From: an uncultured Gemmatimonadales bacterium
GTDB lineage: Bacteria > Gemmatimonadota > Gemmatimonadetes > Longimicrobiales > RSA9
NCBI GenBank assembly: GCA_963708135.1
Contig: OY970192.1
Coordinates: 1,760,001-1,824,000, forward strand
Length of the DNA: 64,000 nt
Reading direction: 5' to 3'
Position 1 is the stretch's first letter. Each line of letters starts with the position of its first letter. The notes under the pieces are model-generated. The model was given only the letters and a program-made list of their open reading frames with translations, made no database searches and was not told the DNA's origin. The translations under genes and the position numbers were made by a program. Positions 33,219 through 44,650 of the stretch are shown here, one piece after another.

Positions 33219-35662
33219 CCGCCGGGCGCGCTGCTGAATGGCGGAAAGTCGATAGAGACCTTGGAGGCGTTCACGATCGGCCATGGTAAGGTCGGAGCAC
33301 AGGCCCTGGCACCGATCCGCGCCATCAGGGCGCCGAATCGCGGATCTGCCTTGAGCGGATCGAACAACGGATCGCACGGAAGACTCTTGAGCCACAGCAA
33401 GGGCTCGCGCGCCTCGAGCGAGCGCTCGAGTGAGGTCATCGCCTTGTCGTATTCGCCAAATGCGATTGCGCTGATGGCGAGCTCGTAGTTCAGCGACGTC
33501 CGACCACGGCTCTGCTCCAATAGCACGCGCTCGCGGGCGGCGTCACGCCAGCGACCCTCGAGCGCATAGCCGAATACGAGATTGCTCCGACCGCCAAAGG
33601 TCAGCGAATCCAGCGCGTACGACGCCCGAAAATGCGCCAACGCGCTGTCGGCCTGACCGGCGAATCCGAACGTGTACCCGAGCTCGCGCTGCAAGAGGGC
33701 CTCATTCGGATCGAGCGACAGGGCACGCTTCATCCCGGCAATGCCCTCGTCGAGCCGCCCCGACAGTGCCAGATGGCTTGCGTAGATGCCCGACGCGCCC
33801 AGCGACAAGGGGTCGAGCTCGTACGCATGCTGACTGGCGGCCAGGGCTTCTGGCACCCGACCGACGGAGGCGAGCGCCAGCGCGTAGGCGAGCAACAGAT
33901 CGACATGATTCGGATTGAGCTCGACTGCGCGCTCGAGCGGAACGAGCGACTCTCCAAAGCGCATCTCGGCTCCGAGCGCATTCGACAGCGCGATGTAGGC
34001 TTCGGCAAGCGTCGTATCCACGGCGAGGGCAGCATCGGCGTTCTTGCGGACTTCGGCGACGATCGAATCGAGAGGGCCAATGCCCATCAGAGGCAGGGCC
34101 GCCTGCGCGACCGCGAGGTATGCGCGCGCCCGCGCGAAGCGTGGATCGTGCTCGAGCGCCTGACGAAAGAGCTGCTCCGCACCAATGAATTCCAGGCGAT
34201 CGAACGCATAGCGCCCGCGCAGCAGGAGGTCGTACGCCGAGTCGTCGGCGGTACCTCGAGCTCCGGCGGAGGCGACCTCGTTTCCGCCGAGCCTTGCCGG
34301 TGCCAGGCGCAGCTTCCCGGTGATGGCGCGGGTAATCGAATCCTGCATTCCGATCAGCGCGTCCGGCCGCCCGTCGAATGTCGCGCTCCAGAGCGCGACG
34401 TCGTCGGCGGTGCGCACGAGCTCCGCCGTGATGTGGAGACCGTTCATGGAGCCGCTCACGGTTCCCTGGACCACCGCGGCCACGCCGAGTGCCGAGGCGA
34501 CCTCGCGCGCATTCTTGCCTTTCACCTGCTGTGATGAGCTTCGCGCCCGGACGGTAAGCTCCGAAAGCGCGTTCAGCGCATCGCGCACGTGATCCGTGAC
34601 TCCATTCTGCAGGTAGTCCAGCGCCGTATCGCCGCTCGTGTTCTCGAACGGCAGGACGGCAATGGAGCGGATCGCACCCTCTTCTCCGCCAGCGAGCTCT
34701 CGCCAGAGAATGGCAAGCGCGACGAGCGCGGCCATGCCCACGACAATGGAGATCCGGAGACGCGAGGAAGTCGAGACCTGGGTGCGGATGTGCGGCCGAC
34801 CTGGCGGCAGGGTCTCGAGCGGCGTGTCCACCATCTCGAGCTCCCGTGCGACATCAGCGGCCGTTTGTGGCCGCTCTCCAGGCTGCTTTGCGAGGCAGCG
34901 CATCACGAGGCCCGCGAGTCGCCGTGGCGTTGCCGGTCTGAGAGACGCGATGTCGGCTGGATCCTCGATCGCATGCGCAACCAGCACCGCCTGCATGTTT
35001 CGCCCGGCGAACGGTGCCCGGCCGGCGAGCATCTCGTACGCCATGGCGCCAAACGCGTACAGGTCCACGCGGTGGTCGGCTGTCGGATCGCCCGCGGCCT
35101 GTTCTGGCGCCATGTACGCCGGAGTGCCGAGCGCGGTACCGACGGCGGTCATCGTGTCGTCGGCGAGCACGGCGCCGCTGATCGCTTTCGCGACACCGAA
35201 GTCGGTCACTACGGCCGAGTGGCCGGCCAGGAGCACGTTGTCCGGCTTTATGTCTCGATGGGTGATGCCCTTGCCGTGCGCGTACTCGAGTGCGCGCGCG
35301 ACGTCGCGCAGGATCGAGATCGTCTGCGGTATCGCAAGCTCCCCCTGCGATAATCGCTCGCGCAGCGACTCGCCCTCGACGTATGGCATCGTGTAATACG
35401 GGAGGCCGTCCATCTCTCCGGCGGAGATCAGCGAGACGACGTGCGGGTGCTGGAGTGTTGCGGCCAGGGAGATCTCGCGGCGGAAGCGTGCGGCCGAGCC
35501 ATCGCCCACGAGCCCGGCCGGGAGGACCTTCACCACGACCCGCCGTCCCAGCGCGACCTCCATCGCGAGATATACCCGCGACATACCTCCCCCGCCGAGC
35601 TCGCGCTCAATGGCGTAGGCATTTCCAAGCACCTCCTGGAGCCGGTCCCGGAAGTCGGGCAA
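33194..35662 (-). CDS. Ser/Thr kinase with TolB-like and TPR domains (TTG start inferred)
   Basis: GGGGMS, HRDIKPDN, DFG, APE; SIAVLPF; TPRs; DPLFDPLKADPRF. Confidence 0.92.
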   Translation of the reverse strand: MPDFRDRLQEVLGNAYAIERELGGGGMSRVYLAMEVALGRRVVVKVLPAGLVGDGSAARFRREISLAATLQHPHVVSLISAGEMDGLPYYTMPYVEGESLRERLSQGELAIPQTISILRDVARALEYAHGKGITHRDIKPDNVLLAGHSAVVTDFGVAKAISGAVLADDTMTAVGTALGTPAYMAPEQAAGDPTADHRVDLYAFGAMAYEMLAGRAPFAGRNMQAVLVAHAIEDPADIASLRPATPRRLAGLVMRCLAKQPGERPQTAADVARELEMVDTPLETLPPGRPHIRTQVSTSSRLRISIVVGMAALVALAILWRELAGGEEGAIRSIAVLPFENTSGDTALDYLQNGVTDHVRDALNALSELTVRARSSSQQVKGKNAREVASALGVAAVVQGTVSGSMNGLHITAELVRTADDVALWSATFDGRPDALIGMQDSITRAITGKLRLAPARLGGNEVASAGARGTADDSAYDLLLRGRYAFDRLEFIGAEQLFRQALEHDPRFARARAYLAVAQAALPLMGIGPLDSIVAEVRKNADAALAVDTTLAEAYIALSNALGAEMRFGESLVPLERAVELNPNHVDLLLAYALALASVGRVPEALAASQHAYELDPLSLGASGIYASHLALSGRLDEGIAGMKRALSLDPNEALLQRELGYTFGFAGQADSALAHFRASYALDSLTFGGRSNLVFGYALEGRWRDAARERVLLEQSRGRTSLNYELAISAIAFGEYDKAMTSLERSLEAREPLLWLKSLPCDPLFDPLKADPRFGALMARIGARACAPTLPWPIVNASKVSIDFPPFSSAPGGSASISLF

Positions 35663-35922
35663 AAGGGTGATCCGCGAAGGACGGGGAGTCAGAGCGCCGG
35701 CGTGTTTGCGCCACACGGCCGCCGCATAAAGTTAGCGGAACCGCCCGGCAAGAGGAATGAGGCCCCCGGTCCAAGTGCCAGCTACCGCCTGTCCGTCCGT
35801 CCTCCGCTCCCCGGCCCGGCCCACACGGTGACAATCGAACCTTTGGACGGGTCGCCGTCCGATTCTGAAGCCGCGGTCGAGACGCTGCCCTGGCCGGCTC
35901 GGCCAGGTCGCGCGCCGCCGGA

Positions 35923-37569
35923 TCAGGACAGGCGCCGCAGCGCCGCCCTGGCCTCGTCCACGAAGTGGCGCAGGGGGGGGTCCGGCACGTCCATCCGGCG
36001 AAGGAACTGTTCGTAATGGAAGCGGGCCAGGTGCTTCGCGTAGGTGCGAAGCCGGGGGTCATCGTCTTCCTTTCCCTGCCAGCCCAGCGCCTGGTTGTAT
36101 CGCCAACCGGCGACCCAGAAGGTCGTGTCGGCGGTCGCGGCGAGGTGGAAGGCGTCCTCAGCCTGGGCCCAATGACCCGCTGCCGCCTGGCGCTCCCCTT
36201 CGAGGAAGTCGCGCAGCGCCGCGACCTGGTGCGTCGTGACGTCGCGCAGGAAGACGGAGGGCGGGGGGCCTTTGCTCCAGATCTGCCGGAGAAGTGCAAG
36301 GGTGATCGAGTCGGATAGTGCAAATAGGCTGTCGGCCGGCGCCCGGACCACGATCACCGGCCCCAGCGGTACGTGCGTGTCCGTGTTGTAGATCCCGAGA
36401 TCGAGCCGGACGCCCGCTCGCGCGCGCACCAGGGTGCCCTGCACGAAGCTCCCGGCCCCGAACCGGCGGCCGATCGCCGAGGCCTGGTCGGGGCTCAGGC
36501 TCCGAGCGGACCCGACCGCGGTGAGGATCCGGTAGCGATCCACGGCGCGGACGGGCCCCACGCCATCGAGCGTGCGGCTCACCGTCATCATCAGGTCGCC
36601 GCCCAACCTCGCCAGGGCCGAATCCGGGGCGCTCGGCACGAAGGGCAGCACGGCGATCATGGAGGCAGCCGGCGCGACCCCCGGCCGCCGGGCCCGCGCC
36701 ACCAGGAGCGTGCCGACCGCCATCAGCACCGCGGCCGCCACGACGACCATCGCCGTGCGGAGCGACCTGAACGGGATGTCCAGCGTGCGCCCCGGCGGCC
36801 GGGGCACAGGACGGGTCGTCGTGAGCGCCTCCACGAACTCGGACGCGCTGGAGAACCGGTCCGCGGGGACCTTCGCCAGTGCCCGCTCGATCGCCAGCTG
36901 CATCGGCGCCGGCACGGTTTCGCGCACGGTGCGCAGCGGGGGAACGGGGGCCGCCAACCGCCGCGCCAGGATCGCGTGGGGGGTCGGGCCCGTGTACGGC
37001 GGCTCGCCAGCCAGCATCTCGTACAGCACGCATCCGAGGCTGTAGACGTCCGAACGCCCGTCGAGCCGGTCCTCGCCCAGGGCCTGCTCCGGGCTCATGT
37101 ACAACGGCGTACCCACCGCGAGCCCGGTTTCCGTCAGCTTGTCGCTGCCCGCCGCCGAAACCGCCAGCGCGATCCCGAAGTCCGCCACGACGGCGTGTCC
37201 TCTCTCCAGCAGAATGTTCTCCGGCTTGATGTCGCGGTGAACGACTCCACGGTCGTGGGCATAGGTCAGCGCATCGGCCACGGCCCGCGTGATCTGGAGC
37301 GCGTCCTCGATCGGAAGCTGCTTCTCCCGGGCCAGGCGGTCCCGCAGGGACTCGCCCTCCACGTAGGGCATGACGTAGAACAAGAAGGATTGTCCACCCC
37401 CCGGGACGGTAGTCTCGCCGCTGTCGTAGAGCGGAAGAATATGCGGGTGCCGCAGGTTGGCGGTTGTCGTGATCTCGCGCAGGAACCGCTCGTGGCCCAC
37501 CGCCGCGGCCAGCTCCGGCCGCAGGACCTTGAGGGCGACCTTGCGTCGGTGCTTGAGATCCTCGGCGGA
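35923..37569 (-). pseudogene. Ser/Thr kinase lacking start and Gly-rich loop, with probable C-terminal internal deletion
   Basis: Begins at AEDLKHRRKVALK; HRDIKPEN, DFG and SPE present; abrupt join at KHLARF/HYEQFLRR. Confidence 0.8.
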
Positions 37570-37719
37570 TAGTTGTGCCGACGCCGGGCGGCCCCTCCGT
37601 CAATTTCCCGACGGACTTCAACGCGGGATTCCACTCCCGCTCGCGCGGAGGTCCGTCATGTAGTCGAAGACGACATCGGCGGGCGCGGCGATCGTGACGG
37701 CGTTGCGGACGACTCCCAT
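37570..37719 (-). pseudogene. SRPBCC/polyketide cyclase N-terminal fragment fused to the kinase
   Basis: MGVVRNAVTIAAPADVVFDYMTDLR, frameshift, EREWNPALKSVGKLTEGPPGVGTT, then junction. Confidence 0.72.
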
Positions 37720-38399
37720 GGATCCTCCCTCCTCTGCTCCGCAAGCGGCTCAACGCTCCTGAAATGAATGGCCAGGAGCAGGAGACTGCCCGGAACCGTG
37801 ATGCCCCACGGCAGACCGAACAGCAGCTGACCCACCGAGTAGCCGGGATGGAAATACGCGATGCAGAACAGCGGAATGATCAGCCCGTTCGCGATGAACA
37901 GGCGCCGCACCCACAGCTGCAGTCCCTCCTTCTGGAAGAGCGGAGCCGCGAACAGCGTGGACAGGCTCAGGAAGATGTAGCCCAGCGCATCCACGTCCCA
38001 GAAGAGGGAATGGGGCGTCTGATTGAGCACGGCGAGGGGGCCGGCCGTGCCCGCCGGATCCTCGAACGTCCAGGAATATCCAGCCGGGATGACGGTCGCC
38101 AGCTGCACCACGTAGTTCAGCGTGTTGTACGTCGTGTAGATGACAGCGAACGCCACGGCCGCACTGCCCCAGAACCTGTCCTCATCCCTGGCGGTGGCAT
38201 CGAGAACGAGCATCGCCAGCAGGAAGGGTACCGGCATCATGAGGGATGTGACGAAGGCGATGACCGCGTCCGTTGCCGGGCTCACCATGTCGAAGATCTG
38301 GAGGAACGCGCTGAGTACGTAGCCGAACGCCCCGACCAGCGCCGTCGTTGCCGCCCAGAAGCCGATCCTGTTGAGCGTCTTCTTCGTCTGCGGCGTCAT
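37656..38399 (-). CDS. Hypothetical polytopic membrane protein
   Basis: About 6 TM segments; RBS CAGGAGG; ATGA overlap. Confidence 0.72.
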   Translation of the reverse strand: MTPQTKKTLNRIGFWAATTALVGAFGYVLSAFLQIFDMVSPATDAVIAFVTSLMMPVPFLLAMLVLDATARDEDRFWGSAAVAFAVIYTTYNTLNYVVQLATVIPAGYSWTFEDPAGTAGPLAVLNQTPHSLFWDVDALGYIFLSLSTLFAAPLFQKEGLQLWVRRLFIANGLIIPLFCIAYFHPGYSVGQLLFGLPWGITVPGSLLLLAIHFRSVEPLAEQRREDPWESSATPSRSPRPPMSSSTT

Positions 38400-39004
38400 G
38401 CGTCCTCCTGTGCGGAAGCGATCCCATCGACATCGGTCATGAGCTCGCGAAGCCGGCGCACATAGCGGCCCACCGGCGCGCCGTCGGTCACCGCGTGATC
38501 GAAGACCACCGTCAGAGCCAGCACTTCACGGTCGCCCTCTGGGGCGCGCCGTCGTGCAATGCCCCCGACGCCAATGGCGAGGGGGTGAAGCCCCGAGGGG
38601 ATGCCCCAGGCGAGAACGCCGGGGCTGGCCATTCCGGTGGCGGTCACGACCACGGTCCCCATGGACTTCTTGATCCACATGGAGTGCACGCGCGGATACT
38701 CCGCCGCCGCGCGAGCGACGCAGCTCACGACCCAGGCCGTGAACCCGAGACCCCGGCCGGTTCGGCGTCTGAACGCCCGGATCCGATCGCGCACGTCCGT
38801 GACATCCATCTCGAGGAGGATCGGGATCTGCGCCCGCTTCTTCGCGAGTCGAAGCCAGTCCAGGGTCGCGTTTCGCTCGGGTCGGAACGGCACGACCCGG
38901 TATGGACCCACGCCGTCCTGGGCCGGGGCGGAGCTCGGACCGGCTCCGGTTGGAGCGCGGGTCGCGGGCGCGGTCTTCACCGAGCCCGACGCAGACGAGG
39001 GCAT
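38396..39004 (-). pseudogene. 2-oxoacid dehydrogenase E2 catalytic-domain-like protein with internal deletion
   Basis: EMDVT...FTAWVVSCVARAAAEYPRVHS, then direct jump to GTVVVT...FDHAVTDGAP. Confidence 0.72.
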
Positions 39005-39109
39005 TGCCGCCTCCGGCCAGGGGGGACCTGGGAACCAATATGGCTCCCCCGTGTGCCCGTGGGAATCTCCCCAAGGACCCCGCCGGGTCTCCTCTCGGAC
39101 CAGGCGACC

Positions 39110-39681
39110 TGTACAAGGACTGTCCACGCCTCGAGCGCTGGCGGGAGCGCGACATCAACTACTTCATGACCGCGCGGCTCACGCCTCAGCAACTCCATTA
39201 CCTGGTCGTAGATTGGGGCTGGGCGATGGGGAAGTGCCGCGACCCGCGCCTCGAGCGCTGGTTCCTGACGCAGCTCGACGTCGCGACCGAGCGTACGCAA
39301 GGCCTGTCTCATCAGGCGGATCGATTGACGTCCTTCTGGGATGGGCTGCCGCGCGGATTCGCCGGGGCCAGGGCGGAGATTCTGCTGCGCCAGAACCCGG
39401 ACGCGTTGCTGCGGCTCGCCGGCGCGCTGCAGGCGCCGGGGCTGCCGCGGCTGTTCTCGCTGAGCGACTACCTCGAGTGGGCGATGCAGCCGCGGCGCGA
39501 GCTCGGCGTCGCCGCCTCGCCGGTGGTCGAGCGCGAGCTCGCCGAGCTGTTCGCCTGGCGCGAATTCACAGCGGATCATGAGGAGTTTCGCGGTGCGCCG
39601 CCCCACTTCTGGTGGGACACCCTGCGCTCCGCGCCCGGCCCGGGCGGAAGGGGTGGGGCACCGTCTCGCTGGGTCGGATGA
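39110..39681 (+). pseudogene. Fragment of a hypothetical protein (no clear start)
   Basis: Host-like codon usage frame (DLYKDCPRLERW...HFWWD). Confidence 0.35.
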
Positions 39682-40032
39682 AGCTGGACGGCGGCGGAGC
39701 GGTCTGCGAATCCACGGCCGTGTCGAGTTGCTCGCACGTCCGGTAAAGGTCCCCTGACGGCTGCCGCGTACAGTGCGCACGGCGCCCTGGCGCCGGATCC
39801 TACATGGGTCGCTCCCTGGTCGGACGTAGGTGCCGTCGTGGCTGCAAATGCACAACCGGCCGGCCAGAATCTTCGCAATTCTGACCGGGCGGCCGGCCTT
39901 GGGGCCGCGCACAGTCTGCTGGGAGGCCGAGTAGTCGGCGGGCTTCACGGCGTGAATTCACGCGCTTGCGGACTTCCCGCCGAATGGCGCGAGCGAACTC
40001 CCTTCCCGAGGCGTTCCTCGGTGGCGGCTGGA

Positions 40033-40272
40033 TCAGGATCCGCTGCCGGCCCGCTCCAGCCGCTCCGCGATCCACATCTTCACGAGCGACTGCCGCGGCA
40101 CGCCCAGCCGTGCGGCCTCACGGTCCAGCGAGCGCACCATCCACGCGGGAAAATCAACGTTCACCCGGCGCTGCTCGAGCCCGGGGCGGTGGGCACCCGA
40201 CACGTCCAGGTAACGCATGATGTCCTTCCCCTCGTCGAATTCGCGCTCGAACCTATCCGCCTTCACCTTCAT
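40033..40272 (-). CDS. CopG/RHH antitoxin (BrnA-like)
   Basis: KADRFEREFDEGKDI...RRVNVDFPAWM...LGVPRQSLVKMWI. Confidence 0.88.
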   Translation of the reverse strand: MKVKADRFEREFDEGKDIMRYLDVSGAHRPGLEQRRVNVDFPAWMVRSLDREAARLGVPRQSLVKMWIAERLERAGSGS

Positions 40273-40522
40273 ACAGTTCCACCTCCTCTGGGCGGGAGCG
40301 GCGGACCGAGATGAGTCGGATCCGCTCTTCGCGGTACGTGATCACGGCCGACCAGTGCGTGCCGGCAATCCGTCCCACGACCAGCAGCCGCGGCTCATCG
40401 ATCGTCCGGGCGGGAATCTCGATCCGGTTCTCGTCCTCCCAGAGCGCCACGGCCGCGTCGAAATCGATCCCGTGCTTCTCCTCGTTCGCCGTGCTCTTCG
40501 CCGGGTCGAATTCGAATTCCAT
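40253..40522 (-). CDS. brnT: BrnT-family ribonuclease toxin
   Basis: MEFEFDPAKS.AN.EKHGIDF...RLISVRRSR..E..LY. Confidence 0.92.
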   Translation of the reverse strand: MEFEFDPAKSTANEEKHGIDFDAAVALWEDENRIEIPARTIDEPRLLVVGRIAGTHWSAVITYREERIRLISVRRSRPEEVELYEGEGG

Positions 40523-40523
40523 A

Positions 40524-40538
40524 GTATAGAATCTATAC
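40524..40538. promoter_or_regulatory. TA operator palindrome overlapping -10
   Basis: GTATAGA-A-TCTATAC immediately before the brnT ATG. Confidence 0.68.
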
Positions 40539-41013
40539 CGCTGCAACCCCCTGCGGAAGCGCCGAGCTCACCTCGTCACTCGAAACACCACCGCGCCGCC
40601 ACCGCACAGCTGCCCGGCTACCGCGCGGCCGCCATCATCGGGGCGGGAGCAGCCGTCGGTGTTCCGGACATGACCTGCTCGCCGCGATCGCGATCCACAG
40701 CGGCGTCGCGGCGTGGATCAGATTTCCGAGTGTGCCGGCCCGGATCCTCACGTGCCCGAGAGCCCTCCGCGCCACGCGGCGACGAGTCGATCGGGTCGCC
40801 GCGATGCGTGTCAAACGGAACGTCCCGCAGTCCCGGGACCTGGCGGTTCCATCCGCGTGGATCATCTCGATCCTGAACGGGCCTTCCCCAGCTCGCGGCG
40901 CTGGCGGCCGGCCGCGGCCGAGGCCTGCCAATCTCGGACGCGACTACGAAGACGTCCGCAACCGTGCCATGTGTGGAAGGCCTCCGGCAGCCGCCGCGGC
41001 AGCCATTTCGCGG

Positions 41014-41589
41014 CTACATGGGTCGGAACAGCTCCTCCGTTTCGAGCACGAGCGCCGAGGCCGCGCCCGCCGGCTCCCAGGAGAGCCGCCCCTGCACCCG
41101 CTCCGGGTCTTCCGCGCCTTCGGCGAAGCGCCACGCCCACACCGCCCGCTCCTCCGGATCCACCACCCAGTACTCGGGCACGCCGAAGTCCCGGTAGCGC
41201 CGGGGCTTCTTCACCCGGTCGATGGACCCCGACGAGGGCGAGAGGATCTCCACCACGAGCCCCGGCGCCTCGTGGACGCCGCGACTCGTGATGCCGTCCC
41301 GCGCCGCGTTGGGGACGAAGAGCAGGTCCGGCCGCAGGAACTGCCCCTCCACGAAGAGCAGGTCCACGTCGGGAAGCACGACGCCCAGATGCTCGCGCTC
41401 GACATACTGCGACAGGGCGATGACGAGCTTCGCGAGGATGAACTGGTGGCCGGTGGAGGGCGCCGGCGTCACCAGCACCTCTCCATCGATGACCTCGTAC
41501 CGGTTGCCGTCATCCGGGAGGCGGGCGTACTCGTCATACGTCCAGGTGTAGCGCGTCGGGGTCGGGGTCACGGTTCTCGCCTCGCTCAC
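41014..41589 (-). CDS. Uma2-family (PD-(D/E)XK) endonuclease
   Basis: LPDDGNRYEVIDG, PAP...HQ, RPDL, LVVEILSPS, GVPEYWVVDP. Confidence 0.92.
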   Translation of the reverse strand: MSEARTVTPTPTRYTWTYDEYARLPDDGNRYEVIDGEVLVTPAPSTGHQFILAKLVIALSQYVEREHLGVVLPDVDLLFVEGQFLRPDLLFVPNAARDGITSRGVHEAPGLVVEILSPSSGSIDRVKKPRRYRDFGVPEYWVVDPEERAVWAWRFAEGAEDPERVQGRLSWEPAGAASALVLETEELFRPM

Positions 41590-42065
41590 GGGTGGACAAT
41601 GCGGCGGCCGACGGGGCGGGTCCATGGCGGGATCGGCCTTTCACCACGATACACCGAACGCCGCCGGTTGGCGACGGCGGCCGCTCTCGACCTGCGCGCG
41701 CGATCGGCGCTGCTACGCCCGCATCATGAACCGCTTCTCCTCGCGGCGCCCGCCGGCACGCTGCGGCCTGCGACGTACGGCTCCTGCTACCCACCGTCGC
41801 GCATGGCGCCCCGGGCGTGGGCGAGGTCGCCCTCCTTCGACTCGATCCGCTGTCCGCTTCCGGGAAGGGGCATGCGCATCCGGACGGCGCGCGGGCACGG
41901 GGCGGATCGCTCGGACTTCCCAAGCCCTCGCGTAGCAACTGGTTAGGCCGCGCCGCCATGCACGGCACGTTCCTTTCCTGCCGGAGAGGCCGCCACGGCC
42001 CGTGCCTGGGGCTGAATCCTCGCCGCGCGATGAGATGTCCAGCCTGAATCCGGGATCTGGAGAGG

Positions 42066-44522
42066 ATGCGAAACGTGCACCGCATATCCGCATTTCACGT
42101 CCTGGTCGTGTTCATGCTGGCCGTTGGCGTCGGCGCCACCACGGCCATCTTTTCCGTGGTGAACGGGGTGCTGCTGCGTCCCCTGGCCTTCCCGCACCCG
42201 CAGCAGCTCGTGCTGGTAGGCGAGCGGTCACCGCAGCTCCAGCAGGCGGCGCAGAACTTCCGCTTCTTCGATACTCCCTCCGCCGTCCTCGCCTGGCGGG
42301 AGCAGGCCACGGACCTTCAGGGGGTGGCGGCGCTGCAGCGCGCGTCGTTCACGCTCGATCAGCAGGGCCGGCCGCAAGCGTTGGACGGCGCGTCGGTGAC
42401 GCCGAATTTCTTCGATGTGCTCCAGGCGAAACCGGAGGTCGGGCGCTTCTTCACGCCGGCCGACGCGTCCGACAGCACCCACGCCATGGTGATCACGGAC
42501 GCGCTCTGGCGCTCGGCGTTCAACGCGGACCCCCGCGTGATCGGGCGCATGGTGGGCGCGCCCGGGCATGAAGCGCGCGTGATCGGCGTACTGCCGGACA
42601 ACTTCCGCATCGGTGGCAGCGAGCTGGGGCCGATGACGGCGGGCACCCGTACGGAGTTCTTCGTTCCCTTCGAGTTCGGACCGAGCTCCGGCCAGCTGCG
42701 AGCCGTCTGGTCGAATTTCAACTACACCGTGATCGGCCGGTTGAAGCCGGGCGTCAGCGTCGAGCACGCCCTGGCGCAGCTCAACACGATCCAGGCGCAC
42801 CTCGCCGCGGACGCGCCGGACAGGGCGCCCGGGATGACGCTGGAGGGAGAGATCACGCCGGTTCTCGACTACGCCACGAACGCCTCCCGGCAGGCGTTGT
42901 GGCTGCTGCTCGGCGCCGTCTGTGCGGTGCTGCTCATCATCAGCGTCAATCTCGGCGGATTGTGGGTGAGCCGGGTGGTCGACCGGCGCCGAGACTGGGC
43001 GATCCGGATCGCGCTTGGCGCCGAGCCCGGACGGCTGGCGCGAGGGGTCCTGTGGGAGGGGTCGATGTTGGGGGTGATCGGCGGTGTGGTCGGCGTGGCG
43101 TGTGCGGCCGCGGGCCTGCGGGGGCTGCTGGCACTGGCGCCGCAGGACATCCCGCGGCTGGACCAGGTGCACGTGGACGGGCGGGTGATGGGAGCGGGGC
43201 TGCTGCTTTCCGCGGCGGCGGGACTGCTTACGGCGCTCGTGCCGGCCCTGCGCGTGGCACGGGCCGATCCGCAGGGTTCGTTGAAGGGGGGCGGCCGCGC
43301 GGCGACGGCGGGGCCGGCGAGCGTACGGTCGCGGCAGGGGTTGATCGGCGTGCAGGCGGCGCTTACGACATCGCTCATCGCCGTGGCGGGGCTGCTTGGC
43401 TTCAGCCTCTATCGGCTGATGACCAGGCCGACGGGATTCTCGACCGAGCAGGCGGTCGAGGCGAGGGTAGTGATCGGCAACTACACCAACGCGCAACGCG
43501 ACCGAATCCTGCAGCAACTCCCGGCGGCCGTGACGGCGATTCCAGGCGTGCAGGCGGCCGGGTTGACGTCACATCTCCCGCTCCAGGGCGAAACCTGGAT
43601 CGACGGGGCCGGAGTGCCGGGCGAGCAGTACCCGCCGTCGCAGCAGCCGAGCGTGAACGTGCGCTTCATCGGCGGGGACTACTTCTCGACCATGCGAATT
43701 CCGCTCGTCGCGGGCCGGAATTTCCGCGAGGGCGATCGGCCGGCCGGATGGCCACCGAAGACGCGGGCCGAAGAGCAGACGATGCAGGAGGCCGTGATCA
43801 TCTCGGAGGCCACGGCGCGTCGCATCTGGCCGGGACGGGATCCGCGGACCCTGATCGGGCAGCCGATCGCGGTCAACGGTCTGACGCCGACCATCGTGGG
43901 CGTGGCAGCCGACGCACTCGACGGCACGCTGAGCTCCGCGGCGCCGCCGGTGGTCTATCAACCCTATTGGAACTGGGATCCCTATGCGTTTTCCCTCGTT
44001 CTACGGACGAGGATGCCGGTGAGCTCGATCGCGGGGCCGCTGCGGGCGGCAGTGTGGAACCTGGCGCCGAACGCCCCGATCACCGAGATCGAGCCCTTGC
44101 GCTCGCTGCGCGCCGCAGCGACGGCGCCGCAGCGCTATCAGTTCACGCTGCTCATGACCTTCGCCGCTCTGGCGCTGTTGCTCGCCGCGATCGGCGTGTA
44201 CGCGCTGGTGGCCCACAGCGTGGCGCAGCGGAAGAAGGAGCTGGCGATCCGGCTGGCGCTGGGCGCGCCGGCGGGCGCGATTCGCGGACTCATCGCGAAG
44301 CAGGCCCTGGCGCCGGTCGCGCTGGGCGCGCTGGCGGGACTGGCCGCGGCCCTGGCCGGCGGGCGGCTGCTGCGCAGCCTGGTCTACGGCGTCGGCGCGC
44401 GCGACCCGGTGACGCTCACCGCCGCGGTGGCGGTGGTGCTCGCCGCCGCGGCCGCCGCCTGCGTGCTGCCGGCGCGGCGAGCGACGCGGGTGGATCCGAA
44501 CGCGGCATTGCGGGCGGAGTGA
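42066..44522 (+). CDS. ADOP-type duplicated ABC permease (MacB/FtsX), N-terminus possibly clipped
   Basis: LAVGVGATTAIFSVVNGVLLRPL; two R.ALGA FtsX motifs; PARRATRVDP..ALRAE. Confidence 0.9.
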   Translation: MRNVHRISAFHVLVVFMLAVGVGATTAIFSVVNGVLLRPLAFPHPQQLVLVGERSPQLQQAAQNFRFFDTPSAVLAWREQATDLQGVAALQRASFTLDQQGRPQALDGASVTPNFFDVLQAKPEVGRFFTPADASDSTHAMVITDALWRSAFNADPRVIGRMVGAPGHEARVIGVLPDNFRIGGSELGPMTAGTRTEFFVPFEFGPSSGQLRAVWSNFNYTVIGRLKPGVSVEHALAQLNTIQAHLAADAPDRAPGMTLEGEITPVLDYATNASRQALWLLLGAVCAVLLIISVNLGGLWVSRVVDRRRDWAIRIALGAEPGRLARGVLWEGSMLGVIGGVVGVACAAAGLRGLLALAPQDIPRLDQVHVDGRVMGAGLLLSAAAGLLTALVPALRVARADPQGSLKGGGRAATAGPASVRSRQGLIGVQAALTTSLIAVAGLLGFSLYRLMTRPTGFSTEQAVEARVVIGNYTNAQRDRILQQLPAAVTAIPGVQAAGLTSHLPLQGETWIDGAGVPGEQYPPSQQPSVNVRFIGGDYFSTMRIPLVAGRNFREGDRPAGWPPKTRAEEQTMQEAVIISEATARRIWPGRDPRTLIGQPIAVNGLTPTIVGVAADALDGTLSSAAPPVVYQPYWNWDPYAFSLVLRTRMPVSSIAGPLRAAVWNLAPNAPITEIEPLRSLRAAATAPQRYQFTLLMTFAALALLLAAIGVYALVAHSVAQRKKELAIRLALGAPAGAIRGLIAKQALAPVALGALAGLAAALAGGRLLRSLVYGVGARDPVTLTAAVAVVLAAAAAACVLPARRATRVDPNAALRAE

Positions 44523-44650
44523 CGGCCGGCTCGGCAGACCCTTCCGGCGTGACACCCTGTTCGCCCTGCTCCTCGCCGTGGGCGACACAGCCCGGGCGAT
44601 CAGGGCGCTCGGGCTGAAACCACTGCTCCGGTGCCGCAGTCACGGCTTGG

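Noticed and set aside
39950..39963. 14-bp palindrome GCGTGAATTCACGC
   Set aside because: It lacks the N6 spacing of the regulon box and has no associated gene start or second copy.
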